From Candidatus Hodarchaeota archaeon (GTDB lineage Archaea > Asgardarchaeota > Heimdallarchaeia > Hodarchaeales > Hodarchaeaceae): a stretch of DNA of 23,767 bases. Below, one piece after another: positions 16,970 through 23,767 of this stretch. The notes below the pieces were generated by a model, which had not been told where the DNA came from, made no database searches, and worked only from the letters and a program-made list of their open reading frames with translations. The stretch spans positions 1-23,767 of the forward strand of contig JAHQWW010000055.1 in assembly GCA_029856365.1 (NCBI GenBank), given 5' to 3'. The position numbers and the translations under genes were made by a program. The first letter of the stretch is position 1; each line of letters opens with the position of its first letter.

Positions 16970-18127
16970 ATGGTTGAATGCCTTAATTGCGGGAAAACGG
17001 TTGACATTGGTGATATTTTCTGTTCTTATTGTGGTTTTAATCTTAGGACAACCTTAATTGTTAAGAAAGCTAAGGAAACGATTGGAAAACCACTAACAGA
17101 CTTAGATGTTGATACTATTACCAAGTATCAAAGATTAGAAGAACGAATCGAAGGTTTAAAGAATATTCCAAAAGAACTTGAGCAACAACGAACGTATCTT
17201 AGTAATTTAAACAATTCATTGATTAATGCACAAACAATGTTGGGATCTCTGACGGAACAACGAAAGAAAGAATATAAAGATGTAGAAAAACTCGAAAAAT
17301 TAAGCACAACATCACTTATGGCTAGAATAAAAGGCAAAAAAGATCAACAACTGGAAAAGGAGAAAGTTGAATACCTAAATGTACTCAATAAAGAAGAAGC
17401 CGCAGGTAGGGAATGTCAAGAGCTAACATCTCTAATATCACACACAGAGAAGCAGATAAATCAACTTGAAGATCTTCTTCAGACAAAATCCAAACTTGAA
17501 AAGGAATTGGAAGAATTAATTCATAATGTGTGCCACGGGGTCGTTGACCCCATCGAAGATGCTGTAGAACAACGATTGACAAACCTTGAAAATCAAATAG
17601 AACCGATAACAGATAATCGTTCACGAATATTTCGGGCAAAGAATCATTTAGAACACACAATAGCAGATCTAAATTATGCCTTAGAAGCGCTTAGAAGCGC
17701 ATCAGGATTTTCAACTTGGGATATCCTAGGGGGTGGACTCATCGCTGATTCCATAAAACACTCCAAAATGAGCGATGCACGCAATCGCGTTCATAATGCT
17801 CACAATAACATCCAAAGAGCCATTCAAGAATACCCTGAAATCGGATCCTCACTGAGAAGTGCTTACGTTGAGGAAATGTCATTTTTTTGGGATGGATTCA
17901 TGGATAATATCTTTTCAGATCTTGCAGCACGAGATAAGATTCATAGATCACGAGAATCTGTTCGTCAAGCATTAAAGGACGCATCTACAGCAAATCAGTG
18001 GCTTGATAATAAATTGAGTAATGTAAACCAGCAATTCAACACCCTCAACCGACAAGTGGAAGAAATTAAGAAAGAATTATTAGAAGAACGTAAAAGAATG
18101 ATCAATGAAGCGATCAAGAAGCAATGA
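16970..18127 (+). CDS. Zinc-ribbon plus long coiled-coil conserved hypothetical protein
   Basis: N-terminal CLNCG...FCSYCG, heptad-rich body, conserved-looking WDILGGGLIADSIKH and FWDGFMDNIFSD segments. ATG at 16970 preferred over TTG at 16955. Confidence 0.8.
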   Translation: MVECLNCGKTVDIGDIFCSYCGFNLRTTLIVKKAKETIGKPLTDLDVDTITKYQRLEERIEGLKNIPKELEQQRTYLSNLNNSLINAQTMLGSLTEQRKKEYKDVEKLEKLSTTSLMARIKGKKDQQLEKEKVEYLNVLNKEEAAGRECQELTSLISHTEKQINQLEDLLQTKSKLEKELEELIHNVCHGVVDPIEDAVEQRLTNLENQIEPITDNRSRIFRAKNHLEHTIADLNYALEALRSASGFSTWDILGGGLIADSIKHSKMSDARNRVHNAHNNIQRAIQEYPEIGSSLRSAYVEEMSFFWDGFMDNIFSDLAARDKIHRSRESVRQALKDASTANQWLDNKLSNVNQQFNTLNRQVEEIKKELLEERKRMINEAIKKQ

Positions 18128-18141
18128 AGTAATCAATTTCC

Positions 18142-18693
18142 CTATACTTCTTCGATTCTTTTGGTTTTCCATTCTTCTACTAACAAGTCCATCATCAAAT
18201 CGTTTAAGAATCTGCCTTCGACAAAGTCAGCTTTCCTACGAAGTCCAATTTCTCGAAATCCTAACTTTTTGTAGGCAGCGATAGCTCGGCTATTGTTTGA
18301 AAAAACTCTTAGTTCCATGCTAAGTAAATTGAGTGTGTCAAAACCAAAGTTAATAAGCAGAATTAATGATTCTGATCCCATTCCTTTATTTCGATACTCT
18401 GGATTAAAGATTCCTATGCTCATATCAGCTCTTCTACTTACATTGTTTAGGATTTTAAGACGGATATTTCCAATATATCTTTTATCAACATTTGTTATTA
18501 TTCCAAATGTATAAACTTCACCCTTTTTTCTCTCTTCCCAGGTTTTACGGATCCATTCTTGTCCTTCTTCCTGTGACATTATGGTTATTCGGCCACTATA
18601 ATTCATAAACTGTTTGTTATTCCAATATACCAACAGTTCATCAACATCACTTAGCTCTAGACCTCGTAAAGTTATATTTTTCCCAACAATCAT
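18142..18693 (-). CDS. GNAT acetyltransferase, RimJ/RimL/SpeG-like
   Basis: ITLRGLE, IGIFNPEYRNKGMGSE acetyl-CoA loop, FDTLNL, NSRAIAAYKKLGF. Confidence 0.92.
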   Translation of the reverse strand: MIVGKNITLRGLELSDVDELLVYWNNKQFMNYSGRITIMSQEEGQEWIRKTWEERKKGEVYTFGIITNVDKRYIGNIRLKILNNVSRRADMSIGIFNPEYRNKGMGSESLILLINFGFDTLNLLSMELRVFSNNSRAIAAYKKLGFREIGLRRKADFVEGRFLNDLMMDLLVEEWKTKRIEEV

Positions 18694-18734
18694 CTTAAAA
18701 CCAATACTTGCCAGTTATTTCCAGTTATGGAGAT

Positions 18735-19408
18735 TTAAGATAGTCTTCCTGCTTTTTTCAAAATATAAAGTGCATCTACAGTCACAAACTCATTCATATG
18801 TTTCTGACTAACACCACCCCAATTTACAAGTGATCTGCCACTTCTGTTAACATTAGTAGAAACTTGATAATATTTTTTCTCTGCAGGAAAACCACCATTT
18901 GAGAGTTTTTTTGACTCTAATAAATCCAAAGCATCATTACATCGTTCATCCTTAATAAAGTCGGCCTCAGCTATGACTTTAAGTCCAAAGAGAATATCAT
19001 AATGCCAATAACAGGGATAATGCAACTTAATAAAGTCATCTCTTATAATACTCCCATCTGTCTGCCGCTTGTACATTTTTCTTTTGAGAACCAGTCAAAA
19101 ACCTGTTCTCTCAATGGAATTAAAGTTTCATCACCAGGAGGATAGCTAATATCCGCCAAGCATGCTAATACCCAATGTGCACCAGACCACTTTTTATATG
19201 CATGAAATGGAATCTTTCCGTCCTTATCTCTCTCAGAAAAAAGTTGTTTTACCCGTGGAGAGGATTTAATTTTTTGTTGTAGTTTTTTAATTTTGTCTGA
19301 TTCGATATCCTCACCAAGAATGCTTACTCTGATTTTGAATTCTATTGATGGTTCAGTAGAATTGAGAAGTTGATTAATTATATCATTCACTCCAATCATT
19401 CCAGTCAA
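18735..19408 (-). pseudogene. Split gene for a terpene-cyclase/prenyltransferase-fold (alpha/alpha barrel) conserved protein, frameshifted and apparently internally deleted
   Basis: N-part (19043-19408): YKKWSGAHWVLACLADISYPPGD. C-part (18735-19076): LHYPCYWHYDILFGLKV...DALDLLESKKLSNGGF. The two overlap in different frames, and the central QxxDGGWNC-type region I expect in this family is missing. Confidence 0.7.
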
Positions 19409-19421
19409 ATCAATTAATCTT

Positions 19422-20183
19422 TTAGAAGATCAGTGAAAGACATGTCAGAGCTCCTTCGCATTTTTGAAATTCATTCATTTCTAATGATATCACTTCAAAA
19501 CCAGCTTCCATAACCATTGTTTGGGAGTTAGGGAAACCTTTAGGCATCAATACGCTATCGTTTATTGCCAAAGTATTAGCTGCATAACTTTCATTGTCCT
19601 GTACCACAAGGATATTCATCCCATTTAGTAACGGATTATTAGCATAAGCTTTAGTGGCAATGGCCGTGTCTTTTCCTATATAGGTAACATGACTTTTAAG
19701 GTGTACAATATTGGGATCAATCCATGTTTCTACTGATATATCAAGCCATTTATTCATCTGATTAACGCCATCATTATTTGTTCGCTGGGTCACTCCGCAG
19801 ATCAAACGATCTGGGAGATGAATAACGTCTCCTCCTTCAATCGTGCCTGGAGCCAAGGTTTTTTTAGTTATTAAAAAGTCATTCAAAGCTTTCTCCACTG
19901 CAACTTCTTCTCCACGACGAGTCTCAATCCCCATACGAGTGATTAATGCTTTTTTATTGTGAATAATGGCATTATCCTCAACAAAGCACGAGTCAGGATG
20001 TGTGTCATCTATAGGTAAATAAATAACCTCAAGTCCCAGTTCTTCTAATGTATTACAATAGACCAAATGCTGTTTCTTAACATTAACCACATTTATCGTA
20101 TGTTTTAGTGGATGGGAAGTAATACATTGTGAAAAGCTTCCCCCAGGCTCCCTAACTAACGCAATTTTATGTTTCATTTTCAT
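19422..20183 (-). CDS. Dimethylarginine dimethylaminohydrolase (DDAH) / amidinotransferase family
   Basis: PDSCFVED, TRMG...RRGE, IEGGDV, HLKS, C-terminal GALTCLS (catalytic Cys). ATG at 20183 (or 20177) avoids overlap with dppA. Confidence 0.9.
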   Translation of the reverse strand: MKMKHKIALVREPGGSFSQCITSHPLKHTINVVNVKKQHLVYCNTLEELGLEVIYLPIDDTHPDSCFVEDNAIIHNKKALITRMGIETRRGEEVAVEKALNDFLITKKTLAPGTIEGGDVIHLPDRLICGVTQRTNNDGVNQMNKWLDISVETWIDPNIVHLKSHVTYIGKDTAIATKAYANNPLLNGMNILVVQDNESYAANTLAINDSVLMPKGFPNSQTMVMEAGFEVISLEMNEFQKCEGALTCLSLIF

Positions 20184-20191
20184 CGTCCGAT

Positions 20192-21040
20192 TTATTGTAA
20201 CCATTCAAGTAAACCTGAAACACCTGATGCCGCATACACTAGTAATTGAAATATCTTATAGGCGTCTATTATATTAATGGCTGTGTATTCGACACTTAAT
20301 CCATCTGTTCTGTTAACAATTGGTAATAATTCTGCAACATCAGCAAAGTGACTTGCCTGAAAAGTGATTTTCGCTTTTACTGGTTGTTTTGTTTTTAATG
20401 GTTGTACTTTGTTCTCCTTGAAGTTAGCTACTGCTTTGATAACAGATTCTCGCAATTCAGCTTCAATTTTAATCATACTAGGACTTTTTGCTGAAACTCT
20501 ACTCAAAGACTGTTTTAAAACAACAGTCTCAATCCAAGGTGTAATTTGGGCCACATCATCTTTTAGGAGTTGAGCATCTCCTGCAACCATAATAACGGGA
20601 ACATCATAGAATCCTGCTGCATAAGCATTTAAGAGAAACTCACTCACAAGAACTTTATTGATTTCAAACCTATTGATGCTCCTCCCACTATAGGTGTGAT
20701 CAAATGTGGATTTTGCTGTCCCAAATTTTGCATGATAACCAAGGAACAAAGCTACTTCACATTCTTCTACCCCCGAAACCATACTAACGGGACGAGGTAT
20801 TCCCCTGACTATTTCTACATATTCTGGTAATTCATCAACCTCTATGTTCACCATCGGGCCATGGCTGTCTGCAATGAGAATTTTGTCAAATCCATTCTTA
20901 TTCAACTCATCTGCTACAATCAGAGCGATTTTGGTAGCAATTTTCCTTGCTTCGGAATATAATGACCCTTTAAGATTCAAATGCCCTGGAATAACGATAT
21001 AAGGCAATCCTTCCAAATCAATTGAAATAAAAGCTTTCAT
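20192..21040 (-). CDS. dppA: D-aminopeptidase DppA (peptidase family M55)
   Basis: MKAFISIDLEG, IADSHG, FLGYHA, FDHTYS, SEFLLN, VAGD. GGTGA RBS 5 nt upstream of ATG 21040, and TATAAAAA near 21060-21067. Confidence 0.92.
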   Translation of the reverse strand: MKAFISIDLEGLPYIVIPGHLNLKGSLYSEARKIATKIALIVADELNKNGFDKILIADSHGPMVNIEVDELPEYVEIVRGIPRPVSMVSGVEECEVALFLGYHAKFGTAKSTFDHTYSGRSINRFEINKVLVSEFLLNAYAAGFYDVPVIMVAGDAQLLKDDVAQITPWIETVVLKQSLSRVSAKSPSMIKIEAELRESVIKAVANFKENKVQPLKTKQPVKAKITFQASHFADVAELLPIVNRTDGLSVEYTAINIIDAYKIFQLLVYAASGVSGLLEWLQ

Positions 21041-21175
21041 AAAGTTCACCAGACGGCTTTTTTTATAGATTTTTATGAGCTTAACTATGTAAACTAATAA
21101 CCTACTATTCTCGTATAATAAATTTCTGAACTTTTTTGAAAAAAGGATGTTTTTAATCTGCATTCCTACGTAATG

Positions 21176-21541
21176 TTATATGTAGAGGAGGTCAGCTTCC
21201 TTAAATTCCCTAATTTCTTTATCTGATTTCTTAGAAGTAATTATTCCTTGAATCAATGCACTACAAAAAATACAAATTGGGATTTTCACAGTTCCGATAT
21301 GAGCTGTTTCTAAGGAAATCAAATTTATCTTCACATTAAATGATTGTGCTTGGTTTGTTAATAGAAATTTGTTTTTATCTCTTTTTTCCGAAATTAAACC
21401 GTGATATTCATCACCCTCCTTTCTCCTACACATCCAACATTCGAAAACCACTTTTCTATCAACTAACATGTTTCTTATATCATCTATCGATTGATCACTC
21501 ATGACTGTTATGAATTGTTTAGAATCTTCTGGTATTTTCAT
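21176..21541 (-). CDS. Hypothetical protein with CxxC...CxxC (putative zinc-binding)
   Basis: 121 aa containing ECWMC and ICIFC. Confidence 0.65.
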   Translation of the reverse strand: MKIPEDSKQFITVMSDQSIDDIRNMLVDRKVVFECWMCRRKEGDEYHGLISEKRDKNKFLLTNQAQSFNVKINLISLETAHIGTVKIPICIFCSALIQGIITSKKSDKEIREFKEADLLYI

Positions 21542-21701
21542 TCACCTTCCATTTTCATGAGATTACTATTCTAAATTTATTTAAAACCTAAGGTTGAAGC
21601 CAATAAGTGTTCACATATTCTATATTAGAATAATATATAATAAAATTAAGACATATTGGATGGAAGGATTTGATCTTTATGTTGAAGGATATATACAGAG
21701 G

Positions 21702-22697
21702 ATGAGCTCATTGAAGATTGAAGAGAAAAATAATCCTCATAATTCAATAAACGTAAGAAGAGAAGTTTTAAATGCTGAAAAACGTATTAAGGATTACATT
21801 AGAGAAACACCACTTGAATATTCCCCATATTTAAGTAAAATGGGAAGATGCGATGTTTTTCTTAAGCTGGAAAACATTCAACTAACAGGATCATTCAAGG
21901 TTAGAGGAGCGACAAACAAAATACTTTCTCTTCCTAAAGGAACCGAAGTCATTACTGCTTCATCTGGGAATCATGGGCTAGCAGTGGCCTATACTCTTAG
22001 TAAACTTGGCGGAACTGGGACTATATATCTCCCCATTACCACTACTCAAGTGAAAATTGACGGACTCCGTAATTATGACATCCCAGTGGAATTTTATGGC
22101 TCAGATTGTGTTGAAGCGGAGATTTTCGCAAGGAATATTGCAAATCGGGATAATAAAGTCTTTATTTCACCATATAACGATTTGAAGATTATCGGGGGAC
22201 AGGGTACGATCGCTATAGAACTTATCAGACAGCTTGCTAAGATTGATGCTGTTCTAATCACTATTGGAGGGGGAGGTTTAATATCGGGTGTATCAGGGTA
22301 CTTAAAACAAATAAATCCAAGTATTGAAATTGTAGGGTGTCTTCCACAGAACTCTGCAGTGATGTATGAGTCCATTAAGGCTGGTAAGATCATTGATATT
22401 GAAAGTAAGCCAACACTGAGTGATGGATCAGCAGGGGGCATTGAACCTAATGCAATTACCTTTGAACTATGTCAACGCTTTGTAGATCACTATATTCTTG
22501 TAAATGAAGAGGAAATTGCTAATGCTATATTATTCATTCTCGAAAAACACCACATGGTCGTTGAAGGAGCGGCAGGAGTCACAGTTGCAGCATATCTGAA
22601 AGAGAAAGATCGTTTCAAGGAGAAAAATGTCATCTTGATTATATGCGGAGGGAATATCAGCATTCAGCAGTTAAAAGAGATAATTTGCAACCATTAG
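21702..22697 (+). CDS. PLP-dependent threonine/serine dehydratase family (fold type II), no ACT domain
   Basis: LKLENIQLTGSFKVRGA (PLP lysine), SSGNHG, GQGTIAIE, IGGGGL, EGAAG, CGGN. Start at ATG 21702 or TTG 21711. Confidence 0.92.
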   Translation: MSSLKIEEKNNPHNSINVRREVLNAEKRIKDYIRETPLEYSPYLSKMGRCDVFLKLENIQLTGSFKVRGATNKILSLPKGTEVITASSGNHGLAVAYTLSKLGGTGTIYLPITTTQVKIDGLRNYDIPVEFYGSDCVEAEIFARNIANRDNKVFISPYNDLKIIGGQGTIAIELIRQLAKIDAVLITIGGGGLISGVSGYLKQINPSIEIVGCLPQNSAVMYESIKAGKIIDIESKPTLSDGSAGGIEPNAITFELCQRFVDHYILVNEEEIANAILFILEKHHMVVEGAAGVTVAAYLKEKDRFKEKNVILIICGGNISIQQLKEIICNH

Positions 22698-23767
22698 CGA
22701 TTATGTAATCTATTATACTCTTTAACCATTTTTTGAATATCTACAATAGACCCCTGAGTTGGGCCTTCCTGGAGTGTTTCCTTAGTAAACCTTTCTGGTA
22801 GAGTATCATCTAGTTTTATTCCAAATTTCTGATTTAACTTGTAATCCCTTTCAACAGATTCTCCAAGAATCTTTGTTAGATATTTAGGAGTATATTCAAT
22901 TCCTGTGCCATAAGTCAAGAGATTTGATGCATTCTCTAAGTTTAAGATATCCATGCAAAGACCGATGTTTTTGCACATCGTCATACTATCCGTAAGGAGT
23001 GCAATTTTTTCAGAATAGGTGACTAGTGCTGCTTTACCTTTCTCTGAAAGTCTATTAGCAGCTTTTTCAGTACCAAATCTCTTCTTAGCTTCTTCCCATC
23101 TCTCAGTAAGCTCGAAAAATGGTTCAGCTCTTAGATGATCTCCCCCTCGAGAAGCAATAGCATAAGTTAAACCATATGCTTTCAATCCACGAGGATCGCC
23201 ACAGATAATATCAAGGCCCTTCACCTGCATGACGAGTTTTCTTACCTCCTCACCAAATCTTTGTGAAAATCTGGTCGCACCCTCGGCCAGTTCATCACCA
23301 ATCCCTTTACGGAAGGTTATCATCTCAACGATTTCTCTAATCTTTTTCGTATCACCCCAAGAAATCTCCATTCCACCAACTTCTTCTGGTATGATCAATC
23401 CCTTTTCTTGACATTCCATTAACCATCCGATCACTTCACAGGTGGAGAGTGAGTCCAAACCTACCTGATTGAGATAATAATTCATTTCCAAAGCGAATGA
23501 TAGGTCGGAAACACCTATTCGAGTGGTGAACCCACAGAGAGTTTCATATTCAGGTCCTTCAGCTTCATAATCACCACAAACATAATATCTAGAACAGTGA
23601 AGATGACAATTAAAACACCCCTTATTTTTTACCTTGAAAGTAGCTGCAAGACGTTCTCCTGAGACTTTATCGAGATAATCACACACCCCTTTCTGGAAGT
23701 GATCTGTCGGAAGGATCCCTATCCCATTCAAATCAGTCATAAGCATTGTTGTTCCTAAATTATATCG
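22694..23767 (-). CDS. aor: Aldehyde:ferredoxin oxidoreductase family (W/Mo-pterin), 3' part, running off the window end
   Basis: CFNCHLHC Fe-S motif, GPEYET, GLDSLS, LAEG, VKGL, DPRG, RGGDHLR, DSMTMC, DDTLPERF. The frame is open to base 23767. Confidence 0.93.
   Translation of the reverse strand, partial: RYNLGTTMLMTDLNGIGILPTDHFQKGVCDYLDKVSGERLAATFKVKNKGCFNCHLHCSRYYVCGDYEAEGPEYETLCGFTTRIGVSDLSFALEMNYYLNQVGLDSLSTCEVIGWLMECQEKGLIIPEEVGGMEISWGDTKKIREIVEMITFRKGIGDELAEGATRFSQRFGEEVRKLVMQVKGLDIICGDPRGLKAYGLTYAIASRGGDHLRAEPFFELTERWEEAKKRFGTEKAANRLSEKGKAALVTYSEKIALLTDSMTMCKNIGLCMDILNLENASNLLTYGTGIEYTPKYLTKILGESVERDYKLNQKFGIKLDDTLPERFTKETLQEGPTQGSIVDIQKMVKEYNRLHNR

Noticed and set aside
17680-17700. 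Exact 10-bp tandem repeat CTTAGAAGCG x2
   Set aside because: Only two copies, the unit is not a multiple of 3, and the ORF is intact through it (ALEALRSA). Most likely coincidence.
21041-21163. 41-aa N-terminal extension of DppA in the ORF track
   Set aside because: The family starts at MK.FIS.D.EG, and this region holds the TATA box and RBS.
21594-21701. N-terminal extension of the dehydratase in the ORF track
   Set aside because: AT-rich promoter-like sequence. Homology begins later.
96-23411. Short antisense or alternate-frame ORFs of 60-115 aa (e.g. 96-281, 1681-1887, 3316-3570, 4710-5003, 12861-13055, 17385-17660, 22094-22441, 23229-23411)
   Set aside because: They are shadows of well-supported genes and have no motifs of their own.
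1-23767. CRISPR arrays, tRNA/rRNA genes, transposases, integrases, defence systems
   Set aside because: No regularly spaced repeats, GC-rich structured RNA segments or relevant protein motifs were seen by eye.

Overview
AT-rich, gene-dense archaeal window with about 27 genes. I found no rRNA, tRNA, CRISPR array or mobile element. An Asgard archaeon (probably Heimdallarchaeia) is inferred from GGTGA/GGAG ribosome-binding sites, BRE/TATA promoters, an aldehyde:ferredoxin oxidoreductase, PGF-CTERM-like surface anchors, an acyl-CoA-binding protein and Rab-like G-domain folds. Contents in order: DUF169 3' end; ACBP; an ABC-2 exporter pair divergent from an internally duplicated GbsR/MarR-like regulator with a palindromic operator candidate; a duplicated Cys4 protein; a surface-anchored BPL-N/GATase-like protein; a crotonase; two ORFs that look like motif-dead Rab-like pseudoGTPases flanking a GyrI-like protein; a PH-like/zinc-ribbon membrane protein; a nitroreductase; a Yip1-like plus wHTH plus MacB/LolD-type ABC module; exonuclease III; a decayed secreted FKBP-type PPIase; a zinc-ribbon coiled-coil protein; a dppA-DDAH-(split terpene-cyclase-fold)-GNAT operon; a PLP Ser/Thr dehydratase; and the 3' part of an AOR. 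The most interesting signals are the two degenerate small-GTPase-fold proteins, the peptide/methylarginine catabolic operon, and two pseudogenes whose lesions can be read directly. All family calls come from motif recognition by eye, with no database search.
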